Positions 24,137 through 35,139 of a stretch of 64,000 bases of DNA are shown in pieces (the first letter of the stretch is position 1; each line of letters starts with the position of its first letter). The stretch comes from Bacillota bacterium (lineage in GTDB: Bacteria > Bacillota > Clostridia > Tissierellales > MES13), in NCBI GenBank assembly GCA_009711765.1, contig VEND01000090.1, forward strand, positions 1,065 through 65,064, read 5' to 3'. The notes under the pieces were generated by a model. The model saw nothing but the letters and a program-made list of their open reading frames with translations, was not told where the DNA came from and ran no database searches. The position numbers and the translations under genes are program-made.

Positions 24137-24841
24137 ATGGAAAATAATTTAAATAAGCTAAATTTACACAATTATAAACCACTTAGAGATATAGTTTTTG
24201 ATTCTTTAAGAAAGGCTATAATAGAAGGTGACTTAAAGCCAGGAGAAAGACTAATGGAGGTACAATTAGCTGAAAGATTAGGAGTTAGTAGAACTCCTGT
24301 AAGGGAAGCTATAAGAAAATTAGAACTTGAAGGTTTAGTTGTTATGGCTCCTAGAAAGGGTGCCCATGTGGCAGATGTTTCTATTGATGATATATTAAAT
24401 GTATTAGAAATAAGAGCATCTTTAGAAGGATTAGCATCTTTCTTAGCAGCAGAAAGAATTAAAGATGAGGAATTAGCTAACTTAAAAATTAAATTTAAAG
24501 AGTTTAATAAATGCTTAGAAAGAGAAGATATCGAATGTATTATACAAAAGGATATTGAAATACATGATATTATTTTTAAAGCAGCAAGAAATGAAAGGTT
24601 AATAGCCCTTGTTGATAACTTAAGGGAACAAGTTCAAAGATTTAGATTAATATATATGAAAAACTTTGGAAAATCCACAAGTCTTTATGAAGAGCATAAA
24701 AATATAATACAGGCTATATCACAAGGAAATCCAAAAGAAGCTAGAAAATATGCTGAAGCCCATATAAAATCAGCCCATAAATTTATGTTAAAGAATATAA
24801 AGGATAAAAAAAGATTAGAAAATAAAATGAAAAATAGTTAA
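24137..24841 (+). CDS. GntR-family transcriptional regulator (FadR/FCD subfamily)
   Basis: wHTH block LMEVQLAERLGVSRTPVREAIRKLELEGLV, followed by a helical FCD-like C-terminal domain. Confidence 0.88.
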   Translation: MENNLNKLNLHNYKPLRDIVFDSLRKAIIEGDLKPGERLMEVQLAERLGVSRTPVREAIRKLELEGLVVMAPRKGAHVADVSIDDILNVLEIRASLEGLASFLAAERIKDEELANLKIKFKEFNKCLEREDIECIIQKDIEIHDIIFKAARNERLIALVDNLREQVQRFRLIYMKNFGKSTSLYEEHKNIIQAISQGNPKEARKYAEAHIKSAHKFMLKNIKDKKRLENKMKNS

Positions 24842-24853
24842 AATTATTAATTT

Positions 24854-24881
24854 TAAACAGCCATTAAGGCTGTTTTTTTTG
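24854..24881 (+). terminator. Rho-independent terminator
   Basis: CAGCC-attaa-GGCTG stem plus T8. Confidence 0.75.
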
Positions 24882-24935
24882 ATGTATAACAAAGAGCTTT
24901 ATTGTAAATATTAAACATAAGTAAATATAAAAAAG

Positions 24936-25151
24936 GTGATGATTTTGGATTATTTAATGACTCAATTTAAAAGTATAATAAATTTATATTTTGTATTTTT
25001 AGTAATAGCTATTGGGCTATTTACTTTTTTTGTAGATGGAGCAGAACTAAAGAATAAAAAACTTAAAAAAGAAGCAATAATTGCAAAAATAATAGGTGCT
25101 ATTTATGTAATAGTTGGGCCTGCTTTTTATATACTTATTAAGTTTATGTAA
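24936..25151 (+). CDS. Small two-TM membrane protein, unknown function
   Basis: 71 aa with a GTG start after AAAGGTG and two hydrophobic helices. No recognisable family. Confidence 0.45.
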   Translation: MMILDYLMTQFKSIINLYFVFLVIAIGLFTFFVDGAELKNKKLKKEAIIAKIIGAIYVIVGPAFYILIKFM

Positions 25152-25171
25152 CTGTTAAGGAGGTGTGGGAT

Positions 25172-26785
25172 ATGAAAAGATATAATAGACGTCCGTGGAG
25201 AAAGAAAGAAAAAAAAGAAAATGAAAAGAATGATAAAAAGGAAGAAAAAATAGAAATTCCGGTATCTAAGGATATAGATGTAAACTTAGAAAAAATGAAA
25301 GAAATACTAGTTGATTGTGATGATATCATCTATAGAGAAATTAATGGAGGAGAAGATTTAGAACATAGATTTGCAATTGTATATACAGATGGTTTAACTG
25401 ATAAGGAATTAATAAGTGACTATGCATTAGAATCTTTAATGCATCAATCAAGAATGAAGCCTACCACTGATAATTTTAAACATAACTTATATGAACTTGC
25501 TAAGAAAGGAAATGTAGCTGTTACAGAAGTTTCTGAGGTTAAATCTTTAGAAAAGGCTATAGATTTTGTTTTAATAGGTGAGACAATTTTATTAGTAGAT
25601 GGGTTTAAAAAAATAATGATTCTTTCCTCTAGGGGATGGCCTATGAGGGGATTATCAGAACCTCAGACAGAAACAGTGATTAGAGGTCCTAGGGATGGCT
25701 TTGTAGAGACTTCAAAAATAAATACTAGTTTAATAAGAAGAAGGATAAGAGATCCTAAATTAAAGCTTAAATATATGCAAATAGGAAAAAGATCAAAGAC
25801 AGATGTGGCAGTAATGTATATAGAGGATATAGTAAATGATTCTATATTAAAAGAAGTTAAAACTAGGCTTAAAAAAATAAAAATAGATGCAATACTTGAA
25901 AGTTCCTATATAGAACAATTAATAGAGGATAATTGGTTATCACCATTTCCTCAATTAGAAAGTACTGAAAGACCTGATGCAGTAGCGGCTGCATTATATG
26001 AAGGAAGGGTTGCTTTAGTAATAGATAATACACCCTTTACATTACTTGCACCTGCTACTTTTTCAATATTTATGCAATCTTCAGAGGATTATTATGACAG
26101 ATGGCCTATAGTATCAATAATAAGATTAATTAGGTATTTATCATTACCACTAGCTTTATTATTACCATCTTTATATATAGCAATAACTTCTTATCATCCA
26201 GGTATGCTTCCTACAGCTTTAGCATTATATGTAGCATCCACAAGGATGGGAGTTCCCTTTCCAGCTTTTATAGAAGCTTTTATAATGGAGCTTACATTAG
26301 AAATACTTAGAGAAGCTGGAACAAGACTTTCTGGACCTATAGGTACAACAATTGGTATTGTTGGTGGTTTAGTTATAGGGCAGGCAGCTGTTGAAGCTGG
26401 CATAGTTAGTCCACTTATGGTTATTATTGTCGCTGTTACTACTATAGCTTCATTTGCTTTACCTTCTAATAGTTTTGCAGCAGGATTTAGACTTGCTAGA
26501 TTCTTTTTTATGTTATTAGCTGCAGTATTAGGTTTATATGGGATAATGCTTGGCTTAGTATTATTAGGGACTCATCTTGTTAGTCTTAAAAGTTTTGGAA
26601 TACCTTATTTTGCCCCTTATTCCAGTGCAGTTGATATGGCCAGTGATCTAAAGGATAGCTTCATTAGAGTTCCTGTAAATTTTATGAGGAAAAGACCTGT
26701 ATATATGAAACTTAAAGATAAAAATAGAATGAAAGCAAGTAAAGAAATTTATAATGAGAAGGATGAAGATAATGATAGGAAGTAA
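25172..26785 (+). CDS. Spore germination protein, GerA/GerKA (A subunit) family
   Basis: ATG 25172 is 8 nt after AAGGAGG. GerA-family blocks include ESTERPDAVAAALYEGRVALVIDNTPFTLLAP, followed by a C-terminal TM bundle. Confidence 0.88.
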   Translation: MKRYNRRPWRKKEKKENEKNDKKEEKIEIPVSKDIDVNLEKMKEILVDCDDIIYREINGGEDLEHRFAIVYTDGLTDKELISDYALESLMHQSRMKPTTDNFKHNLYELAKKGNVAVTEVSEVKSLEKAIDFVLIGETILLVDGFKKIMILSSRGWPMRGLSEPQTETVIRGPRDGFVETSKINTSLIRRRIRDPKLKLKYMQIGKRSKTDVAVMYIEDIVNDSILKEVKTRLKKIKIDAILESSYIEQLIEDNWLSPFPQLESTERPDAVAAALYEGRVALVIDNTPFTLLAPATFSIFMQSSEDYYDRWPIVSIIRLIRYLSLPLALLLPSLYIAITSYHPGMLPTALALYVASTRMGVPFPAFIEAFIMELTLEILREAGTRLSGPIGTTIGIVGGLVIGQAAVEAGIVSPLMVIIVAVTTIASFALPSNSFAAGFRLARFFFMLLAAVLGLYGIMLGLVLLGTHLVSLKSFGIPYFAPYSSAVDMASDLKDSFIRVPVNFMRKRPVYMKLKDKNRMKASKEIYNEKDEDNDRK

Positions 26786-27878
26786 CGATAAAATTACTAG
26801 AGCTCAAAATTCAGGGATGATTATAACACAAACTATTGGGGTAGGGATACTTTCCTTACCTAGGTTACTTGCTGAAGATTTTGCTTCCGATGGTTTTTTA
26901 CTAATTTTGATAGGAGGATTAGTAGCAGCTTTATTTTTAACTATACTAACTAAACTATTAGAAAAATATAAAGGAAAGACTGTTGATGAGATATCAGAAA
27001 GACTTTTAGGTAAGTTTTTTAAGGAGATAATATTAATTATCTTTGTAATATATTATGTAGTAGTTATTAGTTATATAGTTAGAATATTTGCAGAGGTTGT
27101 TAAAATGTTTTTATTACTAAATACTCCAACAGAAGTAATAATTATGGCTATGCTTTTATCAATAACTTATCTTGTTAGAAAGGGAATTGAATGTATATCA
27201 AGGGTAGTTCAAATAGTAATCCCCCTTGTTACAATACCTGTAGCGTTACTTATGTTAACAATTTTAAAGGATGCAAAACTTGATAATTTACTTCCCTTTT
27301 TTCAAATAGGAATAGGAGATATTATAAAAGGTATACCCTTAGTTTTATTTAGTTTTTTAGGGTATGAACTAATATTTTTTACAACAGCATTTGTAGATAA
27401 TAATAAGAAAATGTTACGTTATAATCTATCTGCAATATCATTTATTACAACATCTTATATACTTGTATATTTTACAACCTATGTTCAATTTGGTAAAGAA
27501 GAAGTAAAACATTTATTATGGCCTACATTATCCCTTATGAAAACTGTTGATATTCCGGGGGCATTTTTAGAAAATATAGAGGGTGTTGTAATGGGCCTGT
27601 GGGTTTTAGTTGTTTTTGCTAATATATCCCCAGCTCTTTTTAATGGATCATTAGCACTAAGTAGAATAACTAGAAATAAAGAGTATAAGCAGTTTGTATT
27701 ACCCCTAATACCAATTATATATATACTTTCTTTAATGCCTGATAATTTAGCTGAAGTGTATGAATATATAGATATATTTACTAAGTATTTTGGTCCTAGT
27801 GTAGCTATTTTTCTTCCTGTATTTTTATTTATAGTTTCATTATTTAAAGGAAAGAAAGGGGAGGGTGAAAATGCATAA
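26772..27878 (+). CDS. Spore germination protein, GerAB-type permease (B subunit)
   Basis: 10-TM APC-like spore permease that overlaps the A subunit gene. The start is ambiguous (26754, 26763 or 26772). Confidence 0.82.
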   Translation: MIGSNDKITRAQNSGMIITQTIGVGILSLPRLLAEDFASDGFLLILIGGLVAALFLTILTKLLEKYKGKTVDEISERLLGKFFKEIILIIFVIYYVVVISYIVRIFAEVVKMFLLLNTPTEVIIMAMLLSITYLVRKGIECISRVVQIVIPLVTIPVALLMLTILKDAKLDNLLPFFQIGIGDIIKGIPLVLFSFLGYELIFFTTAFVDNNKKMLRYNLSAISFITTSYILVYFTTYVQFGKEEVKHLLWPTLSLMKTVDIPGAFLENIEGVVMGLWVLVVFANISPALFNGSLALSRITRNKEYKQFVLPLIPIIYILSLMPDNLAEVYEYIDIFTKYFGPSVAIFLPVFLFIVSLFKGKKGEGENA

Positions 27879-28989
27879 ACTAAAAATAGTAATAATACTT
27901 TTACTAACTATTTTTTTATCAGGTTGTTGGGATAAAATAGAAATAAATAATAGGGCTTTCATTACAGCTATAGGAATTGATAAATATATTGAAGAAGAAT
28001 TAGGTCATAAAATACTAGCAACATATGAATACCCTAATTTAAAAAGTATAGGTAAAGACGCTTCAGGACCACCGAAATTTGTACTTAGTAGTATCGGAAG
28101 GACTATGCCTCAAATAACAAATCAAATAACTACAAGAACTAATAGAGCTCTTACATTAGCCCATACCAAGGCCATAATCATAGGAGAAGACCTTGCTAAG
28201 GATAGAGAGCTATTTATGGAAGTTTTAGATGGTATGGAAAGGGATACTAATATAGGTAGAAAAATAAATGTATTAATAACCAGTGGAAAGGCTCAGGAAA
28301 TAATAAATATAAAACCAAAAACAGAACCTATTGTGGGAAGTTATACTTCTCAGTTATTAGAAGGACAAATTAGTGCAAGGTTTAACTCACAAACATCAGG
28401 AGAGTTACTAACTACTTTGCATAGTAATAAAAATGCATTAATGCCTAGGATAATACCAGCTAAAGAGGAACTTAAAATAGCTGGCTCAGCAGTTGTTAAG
28501 AATTATATGTTAATAGGTTATTTAGGAGAATTAGAAACAAAGGCTATAATGATTTTAAAAAATAAATTTGAGCATGATGAAATAACTATAGTATTAGAAC
28601 CTGAAGGTATAGGCACTTCCTATGTTATGTCATATGCAAAAACGGAAAAGGAAGCAAAAGTGGATGATAGAATTAAATTTATATATAATATAAAAGTTGA
28701 AGGTTATTTAGATAATTATAAGCAAGAAGAGGGAAATTTATTAGATAGTAAATTTATTGAAAAATTAGAAAAGAAATTTGAAAAAAAATTAGAAGATGAA
28801 ATAATTGTAACACTAGAAAAACTACAAAAGGATTTTAGTGTTGATATTATAGGGGTAGATGATTATTTAAGTAAATATAAACCAAAGTTTTGGAATGATA
28901 TAAAGGATGATTGGGATAAGGAATTTAAAGGAGTAGAATTTAGTGTTAATGTAGATGCAAAGATAAGAAGAATTGGAATGACTAGGTAA
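27871..28989 (+). CDS. Spore germination protein, Ger(x)C lipoprotein (C subunit)
   Basis: Lipobox FLSGCWD. Third gene of a gerA-type tricistronic operon. Confidence 0.82.
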   Translation: MHKLKIVIILLLTIFLSGCWDKIEINNRAFITAIGIDKYIEEELGHKILATYEYPNLKSIGKDASGPPKFVLSSIGRTMPQITNQITTRTNRALTLAHTKAIIIGEDLAKDRELFMEVLDGMERDTNIGRKINVLITSGKAQEIINIKPKTEPIVGSYTSQLLEGQISARFNSQTSGELLTTLHSNKNALMPRIIPAKEELKIAGSAVVKNYMLIGYLGELETKAIMILKNKFEHDEITIVLEPEGIGTSYVMSYAKTEKEAKVDDRIKFIYNIKVEGYLDNYKQEEGNLLDSKFIEKLEKKFEKKLEDEIIVTLEKLQKDFSVDIIGVDDYLSKYKPKFWNDIKDDWDKEFKGVEFSVNVDAKIRRIGMTR

Positions 28990-29084
28990 AATATTTGGAA
29001 ACTATAAGTAACTTAGTTTAAAAATTTCACTTGTTGGTAATACTTAAAATATAGGGGAAAAAAGTATAACAATGGGGTGAGATT

Positions 29085-29768
29085 ATGAACTTTATTAAAA
29101 GGCATATGAAAAAAATAGTATTTATTATAGTAACAACTTTTGTTTTTACAACAATGATAGGCTATATTTATATTAAGGATGTATATGCAAATAGAAACAG
29201 TTACAAAGAGAATTTAATTAGATTTCATGTTATTGCAAATAGCGATTCAAAGGCTGATCAAGATTTAAAATTAAGGGTTAGAGATAGAGTTATTAAAGAA
29301 ATGACTAATAAATTAGAGTCATCTGAATCTATTGAAGAAACAAGATTAATAGTTAAAAAAAGTTTAGATGAAATAAAATACATAGCAAAAAATGAATTAA
29401 TGAAAAATGATAGTAAATATGATGTGAATGTATATTTTGGAGATTATGATTTTCCGACTAAATCCTATGGTAGTTTCACATTGCCTGCAGGGGAATATGA
29501 AGCTGTTAGAATAGTAATAGGTAAAGGCTATGGAAAAAATTGGTGGTGTGTTATGTTTCCACCGTTATGCTTTATAGATATAAACCATGGATTAACTGAT
29601 AAAACAACAAAGAAAGAATTAGAAAATGTTTTATCAGAAGAAGAATTTAATATGATATCCAGTGCTAAAAAAGATAAAGAAATACCGATAAAATTAAAAT
29701 TTAAAATAGTTGAAGTTATAGAAAAAAATAAAATGAGGTTTGCTAATCTTTTAGTAGGCCAAAATTAA
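29085..29768 (+). CDS. spoIIR: Stage II sporulation protein R
   Basis: N-terminal TM, then IRFHVIANSDSKADQDLKLRVRDRV and WWCVMFPPLCF, both typical of SpoIIR. Confidence 0.88.
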   Translation: MNFIKRHMKKIVFIIVTTFVFTTMIGYIYIKDVYANRNSYKENLIRFHVIANSDSKADQDLKLRVRDRVIKEMTNKLESSESIEETRLIVKKSLDEIKYIAKNELMKNDSKYDVNVYFGDYDFPTKSYGSFTLPAGEYEAVRIVIGKGYGKNWWCVMFPPLCFIDINHGLTDKTTKKELENVLSEEEFNMISSAKKDKEIPIKLKFKIVEVIEKNKMRFANLLVGQN

Positions 29769-29792
29769 AGAAGGGGTGACCCTTCTTTTTTC
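29766..29792 (+). terminator. Rho-independent terminator
   Basis: AAGAAGGG-gtga-CCCTTCTT stem plus a T-run. Confidence 0.8.
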
Positions 29793-29878
29793 ATGTAAAA
29801 GTTTCTTTTATTGAATAATAATATATAGTTTTACAGAAAATACTATTATCAAAATAAACTTTAGAAAGGAGGACATAA

Positions 29879-30616
29879 ATGAAAAGAAAAATAATTTTAT
29901 TAGTATCCATAGTTACAATAATTGTATTTTCATCAGTTGCTTTGTATTCTCAAATTTATTTAAAGCCTGAAGAAACTGCTAATAAAGAGGAAAAAACAAG
30001 TGAAGTTTTAACTAAGGCTCCGATATCAAAGGTTTTGTATTGGGGTGCAAGGGGTCAAGATGTAATAGATGTACAATCAAAGCTATACAGATGGGGTTAT
30101 TATGATGGTATAGTAGATGGAATATATGGAGCTGGAACTTATAGAGCTGTTAGAAGATTTCAAAGGAAAAATGGATTAACAGTTGATGGTATAGTTGGTC
30201 CTAAGACTGCAGAAGCTTTAGGTTTAAGTTTTAAAACTAAAACTAGTAATAGAAGTGTAAGTAGAAATGATAATGTTTACCTATTAGCAAGGGCTATACA
30301 TGGTGAATCTAGAGGGGAACCATATATAGGAAAAGTAGCTGTTGCTGCAGTTGTTTTAAATAGGGTTGAGCACCCTTCATTTCCTAATTCAATAGCAAGT
30401 GTTGTTTATCAACCAGGGGCTTTTACTGCAGTAAGTGATGGTCAAATTAATTTACCACCGGATGATGAATCTGTAAAGGCTGCTAGGGATGCTTTAAATG
30501 GGTGGGATCCAACCTATGGATGTAGATATTATTGGAACCCAGCTACTGCAACCAGTAAGTGGATATGGTCAAGAAAAGTTGTTATAAAGATAGGAAAACA
30601 TTGGTTTGGGAATTAA
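29879..30616 (+). CDS. sleB: Spore cortex-lytic enzyme SleB
   Basis: PG_binding_1 (GAGTYRAVRRFQRKNGLTVDGIVGPKT) plus Hydrolase_2 (LLARAIHGESRGEPYIGKVAVAAVVLNRV). Confidence 0.9.
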   Translation: MKRKIILLVSIVTIIVFSSVALYSQIYLKPEETANKEEKTSEVLTKAPISKVLYWGARGQDVIDVQSKLYRWGYYDGIVDGIYGAGTYRAVRRFQRKNGLTVDGIVGPKTAEALGLSFKTKTSNRSVSRNDNVYLLARAIHGESRGEPYIGKVAVAAVVLNRVEHPSFPNSIASVVYQPGAFTAVSDGQINLPPDDESVKAARDALNGWDPTYGCRYYWNPATATSKWIWSRKVVIKIGKHWFGN

Positions 30617-30630
30617 TGGAGGTGATTTGA

Positions 30631-32007
30631 TTGAAACATAAATATAGAAAGGGTTTAATTCCTACCCTTTTAATAGTAGCTTTAGTTTTTACTGGAGCTT
30701 GGGGTTTTACTCAATATAAAATAAAAAGAGATTATAGAACTAGATTAAATAGTCAATATCAAAGAATGTTTTATGATATGAAAGATAATATAGAAACAGT
30801 ACAAACTAGCTTAGGAAAAGCATTATTATCAAAATCAAAGGAAAGTAATATTCTTTTATTAACTCAAATATATCAACAGGCATATTTTGCTCAAGAAAAA
30901 CTTTCTCAGATGCCTGTTAAACATAAGGATTTAGAAAAGACATCTAAGTTTTTAAACCAAGTTGCAGATTATAGTTTTGCTATGATACAAAATCATGTAA
31001 ATGGAAAGGATTTAAGTGATAAGCAAAGACAAAATTTATTTAAGTTAAAGGATTATACACAAAATTTTTCCAGTGAACTTCAAGATATACACGATAAAAT
31101 AATGAAGGGTAGACTTAATTTTAATATCGTTAGAAGAAGGGAAGATAATAAACTTAAAAAAGCTAATGAAGATATGTTAAATACAGGGTTAAGTAAATAT
31201 GAAGAAGATCAAATGACTCAATATCCAGAACTTATATATGATGGTCCTTTCTCAGATAAGGTTTTAAATATAAAACCAAAGGGATTAGGGGATAAAGAGG
31301 TTAGTAAAGAAGAAGCTATAGGGATTGTTAAAGACTTTTTAGGAGATAAAAAGGTAACAAAGGTAACAGCCTTTGAAGAAGGAGAAAATAAAAAGGGCGC
31401 TAATATAAGTGCATATACCTTTAGTGTAAGTCCAAAGAATAAAGAAAAGGAACAGGCCATTTATATAGGAGTAAGTAAAATAGGTGGAAAAGTTATATGG
31501 ATGGAGAATCCAAGGAAAATAAAAAAGAAAGAGTTATCCGAAAAAGAAGCACAAAAGAAGGCATCGAAATTTTTAAAAGAAAAGGGTTATGAAAATATGG
31601 AGCCTAATTATTCATTAAAATATGGTGATGCTAATTTATTTAATTATGCCTATAAAGATGGAGATGTAACTGTTTATACTGACCTTATAAAGGTTAAGGT
31701 TGCTTTAGATGATGGAGAGGTTATAGGATATGATGCAAGTAAATATTTAAAAAGTCATCATAAAAGAGATATTCCTAAACCAAAACTTACTAAAGAAGAG
31801 GCAAGAGAAAGTGTAAGACAGGATTTTGATATAGAAAATGTAAGACTTTCAATTATCCCTTCTAGGGGAAGTAAGGAAGTATTATGCTATGAATTTAGTG
31901 GAAAATATATGGGATCAGATTATATTGTATATATTAATGCATTAAATGGAAGAGAAGAACAGATACTTCAAATTATAAAAGATGAAGATGGAACGTTGAT
32001 GATTTAA
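30631..32007 (+). CDS. ypeB: Germination protein YpeB
   Basis: TTG start after GGAGGTG. N-terminal TM. Directly downstream of sleB. PepSY-like repeats in the C-terminal half. Confidence 0.82.
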   Translation: MKHKYRKGLIPTLLIVALVFTGAWGFTQYKIKRDYRTRLNSQYQRMFYDMKDNIETVQTSLGKALLSKSKESNILLLTQIYQQAYFAQEKLSQMPVKHKDLEKTSKFLNQVADYSFAMIQNHVNGKDLSDKQRQNLFKLKDYTQNFSSELQDIHDKIMKGRLNFNIVRRREDNKLKKANEDMLNTGLSKYEEDQMTQYPELIYDGPFSDKVLNIKPKGLGDKEVSKEEAIGIVKDFLGDKKVTKVTAFEEGENKKGANISAYTFSVSPKNKEKEQAIYIGVSKIGGKVIWMENPRKIKKKELSEKEAQKKASKFLKEKGYENMEPNYSLKYGDANLFNYAYKDGDVTVYTDLIKVKVALDDGEVIGYDASKYLKSHHKRDIPKPKLTKEEARESVRQDFDIENVRLSIIPSRGSKEVLCYEFSGKYMGSDYIVYINALNGREEQILQIIKDEDGTLMI

Positions 32008-32036
32008 AATACTCCCTTTTAGGGGGTATTTTTTGT
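32007..32036 (+). terminator. Rho-independent terminator
   Basis: AATACTCCCT / AGGGGGTATT stem plus a T-run. Confidence 0.8.
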
Positions 32037-32200
32037 GTTTAAATATACATTTCAAAAAACTTAGGATTGTAGCTAAAATAAGGGCAAGCTCTTAGTAATT
32101 ATTTTAAATACTTGTGAATAAATATAAATAAGAACGATTAAAAGCTTTATTGAATAGAATAAAAGTAAGTTTTTTATTATAAAAAATGGGGTGGGTGATA

Positions 32201-32848
32201 ATGAATGATATGACATCAGAAAGAAATGAGTTAAGCGATAAAGTTTTTAGTCTGTCTTATGTTTTTGATTTAAAGTTTAGGATTTTAAAAAGGATAATGG
32301 ATATAGTTTTTTCTTTAATAGGGTTAATAGTTACCTTTCCTTTAGTTATAGTTATAGTAGTATTAATAAAATTAGAAACGAAGGGACCATGGCTTTATAA
32401 ACAGGATAGGGTAGGGTTTAACGGGAGGAAGTTTACCATATATAAGTTAAGGTCGATGTTTAAAGATGCTGAAAAAGATGGAATTCATTGGACAAAAGAA
32501 AATGATCCTAGGGTTACAAAAATAGGTAAATTTATTAGAAAAACTAGGATGGATGAAATACCCCAGCTTTTTAATATTTTAATAGGGGATATGAGTATTG
32601 TAGGACCAAGACCAGAAAGGCCATTCTTTATTAAAATATTTAATAAAGAATTACCGATGTATAAAGAAAGATTGACTATTAAGCCAGGGTTAACAGGCTT
32701 AGCCCAGGTAAATGGAGGCTATAATTTAACTCCTAAAGAAAAGCTTCATTTAGACTTATATTATATAAAAAATAAAAATCTTTTAGTTGATATTAAAATT
32801 ATTATTAAAACTATAAAAGTTATTTTCACTTTGGAGGGAGCTAGGTGA
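32201..32848 (+). CDS. Polyprenyl-phosphate sugar phosphotransferase (Bac_transf; initiating enzyme)
   Basis: One TM, then GFNGRKFTIYKLRSM...DEIPQLFNILIGDMSIVGPRPERP...KPGLTGLAQV. Confidence 0.88.
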   Translation: MNDMTSERNELSDKVFSLSYVFDLKFRILKRIMDIVFSLIGLIVTFPLVIVIVVLIKLETKGPWLYKQDRVGFNGRKFTIYKLRSMFKDAEKDGIHWTKENDPRVTKIGKFIRKTRMDEIPQLFNILIGDMSIVGPRPERPFFIKIFNKELPMYKERLTIKPGLTGLAQVNGGYNLTPKEKLHLDLYYIKNKNLLVDIKIIIKTIKVIFTLEGAR

Positions 32849-32867
32849 GAAAGGAAAAGGTAATTAA

Positions 32868-34175
32868 ATGAATATATATGAAGAATTAATAAATAAAAAG
32901 GATAAATTATCAGTTATAGGTTTAGGATATGTTGGTATTCCCTTAGCAGTAGCCTTTGATAAAAGAATAGATGTTATAGGTTTTGATATAGATAAAGAAA
33001 AGATTAATTTATTTAAAAAGGGATTAGATATAACAAAGGAAGTAGGAGATAAAAAAATTTATGATTCTAATATATACTTTACTTCAAATGAAGAAAAATT
33101 AAAAAATGCTAAATTTCATATAGTAGCGGTTCCCACACCGATAAGTGAAGATAAGACACCTAATTTAGAGCCTTTAATTAAAGCAAGTGAAATTGTAGGT
33201 AATAATCTAAAAGAGGGGTCTTTTGTAGTATATGAATCCACAGTATATCCAGGGGTAACAGAGGAGGTATGTATCCCTGTATTAGAAAAAAGATCAAATC
33301 TTAAATGCAGTAAAGATTTTAAAGTTGGATATTCACCGGAAAGGATTAATCCAGGGGATAAAATACATTCTTTAGAAAACATAAAAAAGGTAGTTTCTTC
33401 AGTTGATAGTAAATCCTTAGATATTTTAGCTAATGTTTATAAACTTATTATAAAAAAAGGTGTATATAAAGCAGAAAGTATTAAAATAGCCGAGGCTGCA
33501 AAGATAATAGAAAACTCCCAAAGGGATATAAACATAGCCTTTATGAATGAGTTATCAATTATATTTAATAAACTTAATATCGATAATAAGAAAGTACTTA
33601 AGGCAGCTAAAACAAAATGGAATTTTTTAAATTTTGAACCTGGATTAGTTGGAGGTCATTGTATAGGAGTGGATCCTTATTATTTAACATATAAATGTGA
33701 AAAGGAAGGATATCACTCTAAAATAATATTAGCAGGAAGACAAATTAATGATTATATGGCTAAATATGTAGCTGAAAATACTGTAAAAAATCTAATAAAA
33801 GCAAATACATCAATGAAAAAATTTAAGGTAGCTATAATGGGTTTAACTTTTAAAAAAAATTGTCCTGATATTAGAAATACTAAAGTTTTAGATATTATTA
33901 AGGAATTAAAAGAATATAATATAGAAATTTTAGTTACAGACCCAATAGCAGATAAAAATGAGGTTTATAAAGAATATAATATAAAACTTTTAGATTTTGA
34001 AGATATTTCAGGTATTGATGCATTAATTATTGCAGTAAAACATGACACATTTAAAAGTATTAATTTAGAAGATATTAAAGATAAATTTAATGAAAGTAAA
34101 GTTTTAATAGATGTTAAGGGTTTATTTGATAGATTTGAAGCTTTAAATAGGGGTTTTATATATTGGGGGCTTTAA
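32868..34175 (+). CDS. UDP-N-acetyl-hexosamine 6-dehydrogenase (TviB/WbpO/CapL-like nucleotide-sugar dehydrogenase)
   Basis: Rossmann fold VIGLGYVGIPLAVAF. Catalytic block GGHCIGVDPYYL. Confidence 0.82.
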   Translation: MNIYEELINKKDKLSVIGLGYVGIPLAVAFDKRIDVIGFDIDKEKINLFKKGLDITKEVGDKKIYDSNIYFTSNEEKLKNAKFHIVAVPTPISEDKTPNLEPLIKASEIVGNNLKEGSFVVYESTVYPGVTEEVCIPVLEKRSNLKCSKDFKVGYSPERINPGDKIHSLENIKKVVSSVDSKSLDILANVYKLIIKKGVYKAESIKIAEAAKIIENSQRDINIAFMNELSIIFNKLNIDNKKVLKAAKTKWNFLNFEPGLVGGHCIGVDPYYLTYKCEKEGYHSKIILAGRQINDYMAKYVAENTVKNLIKANTSMKKFKVAIMGLTFKKNCPDIRNTKVLDIIKELKEYNIEILVTDPIADKNEVYKEYNIKLLDFEDISGIDALIIAVKHDTFKSINLEDIKDKFNESKVLIDVKGLFDRFEALNRGFIYWGL

Positions 34176-34176
34176 T

Positions 34177-35139
34177 ATGGATTATGATTTTAAAAATTCA
34201 AAGTTTTTAGTTACTGGGGGAGCAGGTTTTATAGGCTCTAATATAGTTGAGAAGATATTAAATCTAAAACAAAGGGTTGTAGTTTTAGATAATTTTTCTA
34301 CTGGTAAAAAAGAAAATATTTTAAAATTTTTAGATAATCCAAATTTTTCTTTAATCAAAGGGGATATACGTAATTTGGATGTTTGTAAAAAAGCTTGTAA
34401 AGGTATAGATTATATTCTTCACAATGCAGCTCTAGGTTCAGTAGAAAGGTCAGTTAAAGATCCTTTAACTACTAATGATGTAAATATAAAGGGCACATTA
34501 AATATGTTAATAGCTGCAAGGGATACAAAAGTTAAAAGGTTTGTATATGCATCATCCTCTTCAGTTTATGGAGATTATATACATTTACCTAAAAAAGAGG
34601 ATAAATTAGGCAGTCCCTTATCTCCCTATGCAATAACAAAGCTTGTAAATGAATTATATGCAATAAATTTTCATTCTCTTTTTAAATTGCCTACCATAGG
34701 TTTAAGATATTTTAATGTTTTTGGAGAAAAACAAAATCCTAATTCTTTATATGCTGCAGTAATTCCAATATTTATAAAACAGCTATTAAATGAAAAATCA
34801 CCTACTATTTATGGTGATGGAGAGCAATCAAGGGATTTTACCTACGTAGGAAATGTGGTTGATGCAAATTTAAAGGCATGTTTAGCTGATAAAAAAGCCT
34901 TTGGAGAAGTATTTAATATAGCTTTAGGAAATAAAATTACTATTAATGAACTTTTATATAAAATATCTAGGATATTAAAGGTAAAAAGTAATCCTAAATA
35001 CGCCCCTAAAAGATTAGGGGATATAAAGGAATCTATGGCTGATATATCTAAAGCAGAAAAAATTTTAAATTATAAACCTTTATATGATTTTGATGAGGGT
35101 TTAAAAATCACCTGTACTTGGTATAGTGATAGGCTATGA
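34177..35139 (+). CDS. NAD-dependent nucleotide-sugar 4-epimerase (TviC/WbpP-like SDR)
   Basis: TGGAGFIGSN, SSSSVYG and SPYAITK (YxxxK). Confidence 0.85.
   Translation: MDYDFKNSKFLVTGGAGFIGSNIVEKILNLKQRVVVLDNFSTGKKENILKFLDNPNFSLIKGDIRNLDVCKKACKGIDYILHNAALGSVERSVKDPLTTNDVNIKGTLNMLIAARDTKVKRFVYASSSSVYGDYIHLPKKEDKLGSPLSPYAITKLVNELYAINFHSLFKLPTIGLRYFNVFGEKQNPNSLYAAVIPIFIKQLLNEKSPTIYGDGEQSRDFTYVGNVVDANLKACLADKKAFGEVFNIALGNKITINELLYKISRILKVKSNPKYAPKRLGDIKESMADISKAEKILNYKPLYDFDEGLKITCTWYSDRL

Noticed and set aside
28990-29084. Possible forespore (sigma-F/G) promoter upstream of spoIIR (GTAATA...GGGGAAAAAAGTA).
   Set aside because: The spacing and hexamers only loosely fit the consensus I remember. 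The evidence is too weak to annotate without transcript data.
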